Assembly (NCBI GenBank): GCA_044892525.1
Contig: CM097886.1
Location: forward strand, 26,846,001 to 26,910,000
Length of the DNA: 64,000 nt
Direction: 5' to 3'
Source of the DNA: Schmidtea polychroa
Taxonomy: Eukaryota
Part shown: positions 12,989 to 26,807 of the stretch, in pieces
Layout: every line of letters begins with the position of its first letter
Position numbering within the stretch: the stretch's first letter is position 1
The notes under the pieces: model-generated
Databases searched by the model: none
Told to the model about the DNA's origin: nothing
Seen by the model: only the letters and a program-made list of their open reading frames with translations
Made by a program: the position numbers and the translations under genes

Positions 12989-14473
12989 AGTCACGGACCG
13001 TATTGTAAATATCAATATGTGCACATTTTTTGCAAGGAGTAAATTTATTCTGTGAATCTGTTGATGTCATTTAAACTCATTTTCTAAAAATAAATATACA
13101 ATAAGAATTCAATAAGGAAACGTTTATTTTCAAAATTAATAAAGAAAATCACACAAAAATTCAAAAATGGAACAACTTTCTTTCAAAATTCAAAAAAAAT
13201 AAGTTCGAGCAAACAAACGACGACAGTTTGTCTCGAAAGGTAAAAAAATAATTCTGAGCAAAGGCAAAATAGATTTAAATAAAAATACTGCCTCACATTT
13301 GTGTGCGCACCCAAGAAACAAAGGCAAAAAAACTATCGTGCACACAGACATGACAACTGAAATTAAATTGAACAGTTAGTGTTGTCTAGATTGGTGGTAA
13401 ATACACAGAATTAGGTATAAATCAATAAAAAATATGAGAAATTCAATAATTAATACATAAAGTACAAAAATTAATTAGAAATCACTATATTTAGGGTGGA
13501 AAAGTTTGAGCAGAAAGCAAATAATCAGATAAATACCAATATTATAATATAAAATCAATGGGGATCTCGAGAAAGAGTTATTGAAACAATTACAAATTAA
13601 TTAAGAAAAATTAATTAATTAATTCGTTCTTTATAAAAAAAAATAAATTAAATTAGTAATGTCAAAAGCAAAATAATAATTATTCCATGGAACAGTAATT
13701 TGATTTTGTCTTTTAGACGAGGTGTTATTTTCCCAATTTAATTTTTCTTTTTTAAATTGCCAAAGTGGGAAAAATTTGTATGAAAGCGAGTGTAGTCAGT
13801 GGCCAGAAAACAAGAAATATTAAAACCTTAGTAAAGTCGACAAACTATTTGGAAATAAAGAGTCAGTCAAATCAACCTAAGATTAGAGAATCTAAAGATT
13901 TTTTATTTTACCTATCTCGCGATTTCGTTGAAAAGTGCTAAAATTTAGAGGTTTTTAAAATAGTTATTGAATTTCAATAAATTTATTGTGTTGTGTCTTA
14001 TTTCGTTATGGAAACATCGAAGAATTATTGCCAACTTTATAATTATAACCCAACACAAATATAATTTTATTCACTCTTATTTTAGATCCAACAGAAAATT
14101 AGTGATTCATTTATGGGATTATAAGCATCATTTACAAATGAAAGAAACCATTTTCTAATATAATTTTAAGATTTTGCGAATTTATTAAAATTTTAATAAT
14201 AATTTAAATTTACATTAGAAAAATTTTGTGTTCTGCAGTGAAATAATTTCAAAATTAAATATTATTATTTTATTCATAACAAACGTCGGATTGTTTTGTG
14301 AATTTCTTTGTTGCAAGAAGTTTAGATAAGAAAATTTCAGCTACAGTATTGCATTTTGGATATAGAATCGATTTGAAATGCGCTTTTATTATTTTAAAAC
14401 CCCTTCAACAGTATTGTTGAAAATATTCAAACATTTAAGTTGAATACAATTTGATGATAAGTTAAAAGATTAA

Positions 14474-15049
14474 CCCCTTTACCGGTAGACCCGAGGATAC
14501 TCGGCTAAATGTAAATACGTCGTTCTAGGTCATTTAGAAACACCAAACCATAATAACCATGCACTCTACTACAACTCTAGCTCTGCTGAGGGCAAGAATG
14601 TATGACAGGGCTAAACAAAATAAAAAATTATACAAAAAACATTTCCCATGAAATCTCAGAAAACGTTTCAAACCTCAATGTAGCTGTATTACCTCATCGT
14701 TATAGGCTAAATCATCACAACTATTATTATGCTGTTCTAGTGTGTCAGATAAATAAAATTGAAGACAATACAAAAAAATTCTTACAAAAGGTTGGAGCAA
14801 AAGACATAAAAACTTGCAAAACAATTGTTCATCTTATTCAGAACCTTGTTATCCACTACTCATTACTTTACAACAATACTAAAAACTACTTTATTTGTTA
14901 TTAATTAGTTAACTGTTATTCATTATTAGTTGTTCGTTATTGTTGATAAAGAGGTTTGAAAAATAATTAAAAGATTAATTTTTTTATAGCCGCAAATAAA
15001 GTTTCCAATTAAGGGTCGATTTCAGAAAAAGAAGTTGACGGTAAAAGGG
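14474..15049. mobile_element. piggyBac-type non-autonomous element
   Basis: TTAA|CCCCTTTACCG at the left and CGGTAAAAGGG|TTAG at the right (one mismatch in the TTAA site). Subterminal CGAGGATACTCG. Confidence 0.7.
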
Positions 15050-16875
15050 TTAGTAGATTGATAGAATCATGTGATTGATCGTATGTTCTGTGAGGAGAAC
15101 CGTGCTGCTATTTTCATGGCCTGGTTGTGTATCTGGAGCTTTTGGATAGCAGATAAAATTGAAGTTGGTGTATTATTACTACAGCGTGCATTTTGAAGTT
15201 ATTAGATAGTCTATTTTTATTTGAGAAACATTGATTTCAAGCATTGATCGTTGAGTAAACAATTCTTCGCACTGTGAGTAATTTTTTGAATTCTTTTTGA
15301 GTAGTTGAAAAACGTGACAAAAAGATTTTAAATAATTAAAAACTTAATAAAATACATAATGTGCATGTTTCAGGCACTACATTTTTCTTAACAGTAGAAA
15401 AATTAAAAAAAAAATTTAATGATAATAACTTGAGCATAAAGGTGAAATGTCACCTGTATAGATATTTTATTTTGAAAAGTACTGTGATTATTCGAATTAT
15501 TTTTCAGAGTGAGTTTTGCAGTTTTGTGGATTTCTAGTACGAGAATAAAGAAAATTATTGAAATTGAACAAAAAGAGATCAAAGAATAATCAGACTTATC
15601 AAATAAAATTTGTAAATACAACTAGATTCAATATCCAAAAAAGGTAGTCTCCTGTTGAACCCAATTAGAAATTATAATTCTATAGAATAGTGCAGATCAA
15701 ATAAAAGTGTAATTGCCAATACTATAGCAAATTTTGTGGTTATTTAATAAAGCATTCTGGGTTTGGAGTAATTTTACTAAGCGAAACAAAGAACTCGAGA
15801 AGTAAAAATCAAAACCGACTTTTAAAAAATAATTCAACAACATATATTAATATATTTTTACTACTAAAATACTTTTTAGATAAAACACACTGCAAAAGAT
15901 TTCAGATAGATACGACAAGTGTCTAAATTACAATAATAAATGACGTTATCTGCTTAAATACATGTGTTACGGGTTTTAAGATTTTAGGAGTGTTGTGGCT
16001 CTCAACAGTGAAAAAAGCAAATTGAGCAAAACTTCGTTAAAGGAATATTCAGCTAAAAAATCTGCAAATCGTCTGGATTGGCTGATATTAAATCCAAAAA
16101 TAATATAAACAAGAATAAGTCCATTTTTGTTTCTACTTCTACTGTATTTATTTCTGTACCTTTGAGGGTATTAATACTTGCATCATTCAAAGTTTCTAAA
16201 TTAGGCGTAATTGTATGACATATTTTCCTGCCTGGATTAGATATAATTAAATTATTTTCTAAATATAAAGCATCTAGATCTAAAATTAAATTAGGTGAAA
16301 AAAGAAAGAAAATTAGGTGAATCATAAATCGGTTTTAAATCAGTTCTTCTATTAAAAATAAGAATTCCAATTATATTGTTTTTAAGATTATTATTAACTT
16401 TCAATTCTGAAACATTTATGAATTTGTATGGTTCTTCTAAAACTCGATTTTTGAAAGATTCAGAAATTAATTATTCAATTTATAAGATAGTAAGTTTCAA
16501 ATAATTAAACATCGAAATTGAAATAAGCAGACATATTCTTTATTTTAAATTTTAAAACACTAAAATAAACAAATATTATTTAAACCAAACTTTAAATAAT
16601 GTTTATTTAAAGTTTATTTAATTTTTTTAATTAATGAAAAACTCCATTTGGTGCAGAACCACCTTTGGAAGACCACTATAAAGATATTTATAATTGTTTT
16701 CGAAATTTTGAATTAGCGTGGAACAGTAGACTTAGTTAAAATTAGCACTCTAGAGTGATTTAATAAAATCATAAGTTTACTTTGATTTTCATTTGTTTTA
16801 ACATATTAGTTATATTTAATAAAATATAAATTCTATTTGACTAGAAGTACATTTACATACAATATTTTTTAAATT

Positions 16876-17086
16876 ATGCCTGAAGATAAATCAGAAAATG
16901 AATATATTATTAATGTTGATGGAATAAAGCTGTTTAGAATGATTTATCCATCTACATCAGGCACGACAAAAGCGATCGTGTTTCTTTGTCATGGATTATT
17001 TGAGCATTGTCAAGCCAGTTATTATGAACCGATAATTAAACATTTAAATGCTATTGACTGTATCGTTGTAACACATGATCATATGG
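16876..17086 (+). CDS. MGLL: Monoglyceride lipase family (alpha/beta hydrolase) copy 1, exon 1
   Basis: KAIVFLCHGLFEHC...VVTHDHMG; phase-1 donor G|GTAAGT at 17086/17087. Confidence 0.9.
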
Positions 17087-17520
17087 GTAAGTTTATTTTT
17101 TTTATTTGAAATTATTAATCTTAAACAGTATGTGATTAATTGTTGAATATCAAAATTTTTCAGCCAAATTTTTATATTTTTTATAATTTGTGAGGATTAG
17201 ATGACTTTTATTCTTAACTTCAATCAATTTTTCTTTATTTGTATATTTAACATGAAATTTGTCACTCTTTAACTATTGTCAGGCTATTTCGAGAATTATT
17301 TTGCAATTTAAAAATTGATTTATAGTTTGAAAGAAAGTTAAAGAAAATTCAAAATGACAATTGAACAATATTAGAAAGGAATTAAGATTTTACTTATAAG
17401 AATACGATATTTATTAATAAAAATGGAAAACTAATACAAATTCATATTTACTGTCTGTTATGAACTTCCAATGTCGTATTATGGATAGTGTGAGGTATAT
17501 AGGAAATTTGTGAGGATCAA

Positions 17521-17685
17521 GTAGATTCTCCTGTAAAAATAACTGTCTCGGAACAACTGGGGTGATTGTATGTTAATTAATTTGTGTATATTAGACAAAA
17601 AAATAAATAACGAAATAACCGAAAATATAACGTAATAGTTTTAATTAACTAAACTTTTATTCAACCCAAATAAAGACCTTAGAAT
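17521..17685 (-). mobile_element. LTR R/U5 fragment (family L1), antisense in MGLL copy 1 intron
   Basis: Core AACTGTCTCGGAACAACTGGGGTGATTGTATGTTAA is shared with 30560-30598 and (inverted) 40535-40570. AATAAA is present on the minus strand. Confidence 0.6.
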
Positions 17686-17705
17686 TCGGAATCAATTAAT
17701 AAAAT

Positions 17706-17977
17706 GATATTGTGGGATCCTTCTTTTGTCTATGACCTCATGGCGTGATCTCAGCGTCGACCCCAATTTGATTCAATTTTTGGGACGAAATAGTTTATAT
17801 TACTGAAGAAATAGTTCAACTGTCAACCTTCTTTGATCTTAGAATCCTAAATCGATTATTGAAACGATATTGTAGGATTCTTCTTTTGTTTATGATCTCA
17901 CGGTGTGATTTCAGAATCCACCGTAATTTGATACAATTTTTGGGATGAAATAGTTTATATTGTTGGAGAATTAGTTC
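17706..17977. repeat. Diverged direct duplication, two ~112-bp copies with 160-bp period
   Basis: GATATTGT.GGAT.CTTCTTTTGT.TATGA.CTCA.GG.GTGAT.TCAG...CAATTTTTGGGA.GAAATAGTTTATATT at 17706 and 17866. Confidence 0.85.
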
Positions 17978-18887
17978 GTTTATATGTAGATATCTTCTTG
18001 GATCTGGACAATGATCTACAAATTTTTTGGAAAAAGTAAAGGAAATCTGAGCATAATATCCTCGAAATACCTTTTTCGATCTGTAGAATTTTCTTTTCAA
18101 TTTTAGACTATCGATTTATTAATTGTTATTTTTCAAAATTCCCTATACTAACAATATACTATAGTGAATTACAAAATCTAATCACAATACAATAATATCA
18201 AAAATAGTAATTACTAATCTTAATAAAAAATACACTGTCATTTTCAAAGATTTCCACATTTAGCTTATTTTTAATTTTTACTAGATAACATTAATATTGA
18301 ACATGGCGAAGTTGAGAACAGCTGAACAAAGTATCGTTTGAGTGATATTTTTCTTTATACCTCTGTTTCCCAGTTTCAATCTCTCTGTTAGTATTATAAG
18401 ATTTTTCATTTTTAAGTCTTGAAAATTTTGATAAAACCTATCATTAATTGACATTTTTGTGGCTGAAATATCGGAAACGCACACTTTTCACCCTCTTGAA
18501 TTCACAGTTCTAAATTTAACGATCAGTAAACTGTCAGTATAAATTTTTCAAATATACACATTTTATATCATTATATAAGATATTATAATGTATACATTGA
18601 ATTATATCTCATAAAAGACACTTTTAAAGTTATAATCTCTGTACGCGTATCAATTCCTTCGCAGAACGGCTGAAGTCGAAAATTACCTAGTGTTTTTTAT
18701 CGATAATTTATTTTAAGGCTCTTAACAATAAAACAAAAACCTTGAAAACACCAAAAAGATTTTATGCACATTTTAATTAATTCATCATAATTCTTATCCG
18801 TTTATAAAAGAATGTCTGTATACACCCGATGATAAAGAAAAGCTATTTTACGACTCCTGGTTTTATTTCTTGATTTAGCGCTTTTAA

Positions 18888-19761
18888 TTTTATATATAAT
18901 TGATTTATAAATATATTTTAAATGAATTATCATACAAAATGACTGCAATGGATAAATTGAAAATAAGGAAAACATTTATATTATTTATTTCTGTATAGTT
19001 CAAAATAGATCATAACTTTCAAAAAGTCTTATTAACACAGTGAATTTTCCAAATAATATAAAACGATGGTTTCCTGGTAGCAGCATCAATTCGGAAAAAT
19101 AATCAGAGGTTTTTTGATATATTTACTGATTCATGGTCAAGCTTTTTAATAAATACATTACAAAGATTACTTATACGAACATTCAGAACTCAATTATTTT
19201 TAATTCAAACGTTTTAAATCAAACTCAAGCATTTCAAATCCAACAATTGCTAATTCAAGTATAAACAATAAATAGTCTAAAAACAAGGACTTGAACCATG
19301 AAAATACAGGTGTCACAAAAGACTCGAGTTTTTGACGATTTGGAACAAACTAAATAAATTCATCGAGTTAGAGATATTTATTATAATTGTGGCTTTACTA
19401 CACTCTCTATATGTGCTTCCAATGTGCATTTTCTCACATATAAATAAAAAATATCTGAAAAGTTTTATTTTCGAAATTAAATCAATATCCAATCAAAAGG
19501 TAAATAATTCGAATAAAAAACATCTTCAAATTTCAAATTCAAACTATATTAAAGATAACTATTTCATTATCGAAAATTCTCATTTTTTGTTTTTAATAAA
19601 CTTGAAACTATTTACTAATTATAATTATTTTCTATTAAAATGCTCTTAATATTCATAATAATATCAATATTTCAATTAATAGTGTTTTTGTCATTTAATT
19701 TCATATATAATTGATTTATAAATATAGTTTGGATGAATTATAAAACGAAATGATTGCAATG
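18888..19761. repeat. Degenerate local direct repeat (~65 bp at ~18888 and ~19699)
   Basis: TATATAATTGATTTATAAATATA.TTT..ATGAATTAT.A.AC.AAATGA.TGCAATG occurs twice. Confidence 0.6.
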
Positions 19762-19869
19762 TAAGTATAAATGTGTAAACGAGGGAGAATAATGAAAATA
19801 TTATTGTACTACATTATTTCTTCATGTAAAGTTATAAATAGTTAATAAGTATTAATATAGTACAAAGGT

Positions 19870-20702
19870 GTTCAAATGTCTCTTCTTCGAGTCAAGTGGA
19901 TTAATTGCGATAAATTGGATATCTGTGGGAACTCAGAGAATAAAACAGAAGTAAAAAGAAATTAAAACAAAGGTCATTGTTAATTAAGAAGTACAAATGA
20001 AGGTGGAATTTCAAATTCCAGAAAAAACAAAATAAGGAAAAAGCCGTATCTTGACAACCTGTCAAAGATAGCGAAATTGTCGGGAGAAGGTGGCTTAACA
20101 GAAAAGGAAAATGGAAAAATATCTTGACATCTGTCAGAGATAAGGCTGATGTAGAGGAAAAGAAAAATGGTAAACAAAAACTGTCGCCTGTGCCACAAAC
20201 AAAACAACTATATAAAGGAAAACTGGTGGCCGAGAAATCAGAACAGATTGAGAACAAATTAAGAGCCAATTTAGAACAAATTTAGAGCGAAAAGTAGAAC
20301 GGAAACAGAACGAAGTTGAGAGCAAAACGAAACGAAATTAGAGACAAAAAGTAGAGTAAAATTAGAGACGACAGAGAAAAAAGGGGAATCAAAACAGAGT
20401 GAAAAGAGAAGTGACAAGAATCTTTTATAAAATTGAATATAAAGTAAAAGTGGCGTAAATGAATTGTGTGGTCAAAGCAAATAGAACAATCGATCAACAT
20501 ATTCTGTAATTGAGTAGTTGACAGTTAGTGATTATTGCTGTGGTTACAGAAAGGGCTATTCTTCACGTAGTGTCGTAATAAGCTCTGTGTGATAAATTGG
20601 TTTATAGTTAATTAGTTGTAATTGAAATTTGTACTATAAAGCTTATTGTGTTCGAGAGTGTTGAATTGCGAATTAATAAACATGCTTTGGAGCCAGATTA
20701 CA
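19870..20702 (+). mobile_element. Possible solo LTR, approximate bounds
   Basis: Strand-biased purine-rich block ending AATAAAACATGCTTTGGAGCCAGATTACA. No TSD identified. Confidence 0.3.
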
Positions 20703-21957
20703 AGTTTGAATTTACAAATATTTTCACCAACTCAATAACCCAACACATAGTTCACAGTTCACCAATCAGCATCTCACAGAATTTATGCGGACTAATTTAA
20801 TCGAAATTTGAAAAATTTGACCAAAGATTGTGTTTTGATGTTGTAGGAACACAATTTCAGCATTCATAATATATTTGTATGTAAATCTGATAATTAGGTG
20901 AGCTTCGAAATGTATAAAAACAGAAATAGTGACATCGATAAAATAATACGTTTGGTGTAGGGACGAAGTAGTGTAGAGTTGCCGTAATTCTCGGACTACA
21001 GACCGGGACAATAAAAAATTTGCATGTATTTTATATTATGTGTGCTGTGTTTTTATGTAAAATTATATTTCTGACACTTTCTCAATTCCTATATAAAAAA
21101 GGGTACCCGACAATTATAGTTCAAGTAGTGCGCTCACTTTTTGCGAGTACTCACCCAGTTGATACATTACCAACGATGATCAGTCATCGGGTGTCAATTG
21201 GTAGAATCAACCTTGTATTCTGGGTTACGCTGGAAACAGCACGAAAGGGTAAGATGTCTGGCCACCTGTAACCCACCAGTATTTTAATTTACTTAATTTA
21301 AATTATTAAATTAATATATTTATTAATTGGAAAGACTGAGGCTCTACAAATGTTATTATATTTTTTAATAATACATATGTTTTTATTATATTTGAATTTT
21401 TTTACTAAAATTTTGAAATAATTATTTTCTTTTTCATAATTATATTTTTTACATGTGCTGTTATGTTCTTATGTGCGACTTGTGAAAATATTCGATTACA
21501 TTAAATAAAAAAATTGAATTTGTGTATCTAAGTGTGGTTTTTTTCTATATATTAAAAACCGTATTGCATTTTCCTTTTACCCTGATATAGTATAATAAAT
21601 GTTTTCTTAATTTTCTCTCTTTTGACCATTTTTACTTTCATTGTATTTTGTATTCTAATGCTTCTAAACTATAATCACAAAATTAATTAATTATTAAATA
21701 ATCATGACAATGATTTTATTATAAGAAAGCACCACTCAAAAATCGGTTTTAATAGAATTTTATCGAAGATTTTTCCTGACATAATTAAGTAAGTTTGAAA
21801 ATATATAGATATTATAAATGTAATCAACAAATTACAAATTTTTATTAATTAAGACACTTTAAATCAATTATTTTTTTAATTATAATCCATAAATTTTAAA
21901 ATAATTTAAAAACAATTATTGATCTTAATTATTTAATCATTCAATTTATAACCCAAA

Positions 21958-22191
21958 CTATTTAAAAATATTTAAAATCACAGCATTTTGCACAATAATT
22001 TCCGGTTTCAATGATCTTATCAAAAAAGCTTCACACATTATACGTTCCCAGTAATTATTATCAATTTCCATTAAAATTGCAAAATCAGACATTCTTATTT
22101 CACTCATACAGATCCCTTTATTGTGCTCGACAATATTCGATTTAGATATAATTTGATCAATAATTGCTTTAATTAAACCATACACCAACAT
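21958..22191 (-). mobile_element. Penelope-like element 3' end (GIY-YIG endonuclease C-terminus) relic
   Basis: SNIVEHNKGIC...SDFAIL...YWERIMCEAFLIRSLKPEIIVQNAVILNIFK, the typical PLE C-terminal pattern. Confidence 0.75.
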
Positions 22192-24292
22192 GAATTATAA
22201 ATTAGGAAGTTTGAAGTCGAATAAATAATTATAATTATCGATAGCGATAAAAATAATTTTTTAATTTAATTTTAAATGCAATATATACTCACTTGTAATA
22301 TCGCTGGTTAATTGGTCGTATGAAGATTGATTTGTGCAATTATAAATAAAAGTTTGATTTGTCAGTATCACATGGAATTGAGAATAATTGGAAGTTACAA
22401 AATATACTATTGTTAGTTTGAAAATTTAGAATCTAAAGTGTTTTAATAAAATTCCAATAACTGATTTGAAATCGTCTATCATTTTATAATTCGATCTAAA
22501 TAGTAGAATTTATGTAATTTACTAAATAATTTTTAGTTATTTGTTAGGATTATCTAAGGGTAAATAAATTGAAATGTGCAAAAATTAAATAAAAATTTGA
22601 AAAATCAATTTTTTCGAGTCGAAAAGTATTAGGAGATAACTAATTAAAGTTAAAGACGAATACAGTAATTAAAAATCCATATGAAGTTCCCTAATAATGT
22701 AATTACAAAATTGCAAGAAATTTAGTTGAATTAAATTTGGAATTTGGATCTTGTATTTGTGCTAAAAATGTCTTTTAAAATATAAAAGAATCGTAATGCT
22801 CTGTCAGTTTGGACCAGTGTCCCTCGTTTTTGAGTTTTAAAATAACTATTTGATATTATTGGTGGGAATTTGAACTGAAAATTGACTTTACTGAAAGAAA
22901 TTATCTTCAACCAACTATTTTGATCCTTAGACCGACATTTTTAAACTTAAAATGACTATGAACAGAATGTAGTGCTTCAGAACTGACACATTATTACAAT
23001 ATTTCAAAAGCCGAATAGAATTAGATGAACTCATTTAGGTTAAGAAATAGAAAATGCATATCAAATTTAAGAGTGCTTTTTTGTTGTATTTTTTTTTAAA
23101 TTTATTGGATCTTAAAATTTTTGTAAAATAAAGCAAATGTTTTCTTTTAAAGCATTTTTTTCGCTTCAACTAGTGATTACGATGCACAATTGTTAAATTT
23201 TGAGAAAATGTTTTCATTAACTGACTTTTAGATGCTTTGGCTAACTAAAATCACTGAACTGTGTGATTTACATTTTATTACAATACCAATATCAAAATTT
23301 GAGTACAATTAACGTTAAAATGTACAATATAATATTATAAATTATAAATTAACAAGGATGATTGTGATATTATTCATTTGAAAGGGATATTAATATTCGT
23401 TTTAAATTCAGGAAGTTTTGTTACCATAAATTTAGTAAATATAAAGCATGAAATTTATGCTTAAGTACTGCATTATTAGTCAACAGTAATATTTGACTGA
23501 CCGTTTAAATGGTACATTTTAATAATAATAATGATAATGTTAATCATAATAATAATAGTGGTAATAATAATTGAATAGTTTGAAATAACTAGAAAGACTT
23601 GCATATGAAATTTTGTTTAAACTGAACGTTATTGGACGACAATTGTATTGATATTTTTATAATAATTGAATGTCTCTGATTAATTGAACATTGAATAATC
23701 CTATTAATAGTGAAGATCAAGATGATAAAAAATGAGATAGAAACATGCAAAGTAGTCATCGATTAAATGAAGAAAATCTTTTAATATTCATTTCAAGAAA
23801 CTTTTCAATGAATCTTAAAACTAAAATGAAAATACTTGAAAACAAATTCATGAAAAAACTTAAGCGAAGATAGAGATATCAGTTGGATTAATTCCCATGG
23901 AAAAATTTTTAAATAACCAATCACATTTAAAGGTGTTAAAAAAATTCTAGAAAGAATTCGATCTAGTTATGTGATATTTTTAACTTTTTCGAAGTCGTTT
24001 TATTCATCATATAATAGAGATTCGTTTTAATTTCTACTTTACTACTTTATCAGTATACTACGAAATGTACGAAGAGGTTTTGACTCGCATAGCTTTGCTA
24101 GATACATTTGAAAAGAATTGATAATTCTATATCGGTAGATTTAGTCAATTGTATGGGTAAGAAACGGGTTTTAAAAACGTAGTGGCCTGTTGACCTGGAT
24201 CATAAGCATATGCAATAAAGGACAATGCCAGTATCAAAGAATTATTAAACAACATATCTATCCAGTTAAAAACAATAATTTATCATGGATGG

Positions 24293-24302
24293 ATTAATAA
24301 TA

Positions 24303-24345
<43 letters not shown>
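24293..24345. repeat. (AAT)n microsatellite
   Basis: Directly visible AAT run. Confidence 0.9.
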
Positions 24346-24347
<2 letters not shown>

Positions 24348-25173
24348 TATTTTTATACATTCATATAATTACAAAATTAATGTAATCTTTTAACCAAATA
24401 ATCCTTAAAATTAAAAGACTAAATAGTTTCAATCGCTTTTCTTATGGATTCTAACCTTTTTAATAATTTTTGAATCACACAACTTTTGGTTAAAATATTC
24501 CTTGATTTTTTACAATGCTCCAACACATTCTCGGTTTCTTCAACCTGTGTCCCGCGAAATTCGTAAAATAAATAGATGAATTAAATTTGAAATCTGATAA
24601 AATTCTTGGAACATTTGGATATAATAGTTTTGGCTTTGACTGAAAACGAATATTATGCATATCACTTCCATCGAATAGATATCCATCCTTATTCTTTGAA
24701 TCCTTAACCGTTCTATCTTCTTGTTTAATGTCTCTGTAAAGAAGTATAAAACCATTTCATCTGAAATAGTGGAATATTCTTTGAAACATCTTACTATTCT
24801 CAGTTTTTCAGCTAGAGATATAGTCTTTTATTTATTTTTTGTTTTCATTAGGTTAGGAAAATATCTTTAAAATATAATCTTATATTTTTTCAATTTGATT
24901 TTTGTTTAACAAATCTATATTTTAACTGTTCTTGTTTAATTTTACGATAGATTATGATTTTGTGAATAATTATGGTTTTCTTTAAAAATGTTTCAAAGCT
25001 ATGAATCCACAGGATATATAATTAACTTTTTTTATTTTTTCTCTGGTCCTTGATTTAGTTGAAGTTGTTAAGTGCGCGACAAAACCTGGTGCTCCAATTT
25101 AAATATCTTCCTGTATTTCATACAATTCACTATTATCAAATACATTTGTAAAATTTTAAATTTAAATATTTAG

Positions 25174-25835
25174 GTCACGGGCTTAGCAACGGTGATAGGG
25201 GAATGATTTATAATTTTGATTTGCTAGTACGCGATGTCCTTTCTGATATTGATGATGTCGTTAAAAAATTCGAAACCAATCCGAAACCTCCGATTTTTCT
25301 TTATGGTCATTCATTGGGGGGCCTTATTTCGGTTTATGCAACTTTACAACGCCCCACATTTTTCAAAGGTATTTGTTTGGAAGCTCCTTTTTTATTATTT
25401 CCAACAAACGTCAGTAATATAACTATTTATATGGGAAAGATGGTTAGTGTTTTGTTTCCAAGGATGCCTATTGGCTCTATAACATATAATGATATATCCC
25501 GAGACGTTGAGTATTTGGAAGATTTACGCAAGGATAAATTGAGAATTCATTCTGGAATCCCTGCCAAAACCATAATTGAAATATATAATGCTGTAGAAAG
25601 ATTAAAAGGACTAATGGAAAGTGTTACAACGCCATTTATTATTGGTCATGGTGAGGCGGATAAATTATCTGAAGTAGAAGGCAGCAAACTATTGATGAAG
25701 AAATCTCCAATAGCTGATAAAGTATTTATTCTATATCCGGATGCCAAACACCAAATTAGAAATGAAACCGGAAATGTTTCTTCAGATTTTATAAAACAAA
25801 TTGTTGAGTGGTTGCGCATCAAAATTCGCAATTGA
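25174..25835 (+). CDS. MGLL: MGLL-family copy 1, exon 2 (290 aa total)
   Basis: Acceptor TTTAG at 25173 completes HDHMG-HGLSNGDRG. Nucleophile elbow GHSLG, acid HGEADK, His AKHQI. Confidence 0.92.
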
Positions 25836-26108
25836 AATTTTCAACACAATTTTTTATTATATCGTTAAATTTTATATTTTTCGATCTTTTATTTTCGTGA
25901 GATCAACACATTGATATTTTTACAGTTTGTGTTCTTGTTTTCTTTATTATACTGTAGTAATTGAATATTTACAAAATTATTTAAATTGAAATTATATTAA
26001 AACTACTTAGGCACAGAAAACAGTGAAAATTGAACTACTTTCAAATATCAGAATTTGTTTAATTTATTAAATTTTCATCAAGTATCCACGCATTTGATTA
26101 TTCTAGAA

Positions 26109-26195
26109 CATTGGTTCCCAAACTTATTTGATCTACCGAACCCTTTCCACAAAAAATATTGGTCAGCGCCCCTGGATTTTTTTCAATTTTAATAG
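26109..26195 (+). mobile_element. hAT/Charlie-like left end, partner end not found
   Basis: TTCTAGAA (Charlie-type target site) immediately followed by CATTGGTTCCCAAACT. Confidence 0.45.
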
Positions 26196-26381
26196 CATTT
26201 AAGCAGAAATATATATTAGTTGCATATTCTAAAAGAATCTAATTGATCAGAAAAGGAAAATGATTCCCAGATGGGAATATTTAACAAATATGGAAAGTGA
26301 TGATCAAGATAGGTAATGATGGTACTAATAAGGAAGTTATTGATTAGTAAAAAAGGAGGTTATATAATATAAATATCTTTT

Positions 26382-26807
26382 TCGACGCTCAATCGTATTG
26401 AGCAAATTAGAACAAGTGTCGATGAACCAGCTGATTGCTACCGTATTGCTCCAATAGCGTTATTTAACAAAAACTTGTTACAACTTGATTTAGAATCTAA
26501 ATTAATGTCATTTTACACATCAATTATTAAATTTATTTTGTACACAAATTCATCTTGAAATTTTCATAGTCTAGATTTTGAAATTAAAATCATACAGGAT
26601 GATATACACTTAAATAATATTGATTACCTGGATCCCGACATTGAATTTGATTTTCCAGGTAATTTTAACGAATCAATACCAATGACACAAGGGCATAAAG
26701 TAAATATTGAGTTTTATGATATAGAGGGTAGCAGTATTAATAAAGTCAAATATATAAATAACTATGGCGAAAGATATAATAGTAAATATTCGAGATTTTT
26801 AAGATAA
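26382..26807 (+). pseudogene. Degenerate reading frame of unknown origin
   Basis: 141 codons with a single internal TGA (26556-26558) in very AT-rich DNA. No family recognised with confidence. Confidence 0.35.

Noticed and set aside
20960-21280. GC-richer island with TATA-like motif, examined as an ncRNA or hammerhead ribozyme
   Set aside because: No CUGANGA/GAAA core with supporting stems, and no tRNA or snRNA boxes.
24400-24830. Possible further Tigger N-terminal relic (LSLAEKLRIV) on the minus strand
   Set aside because: Only one short motif; the downstream frames are not convincing.
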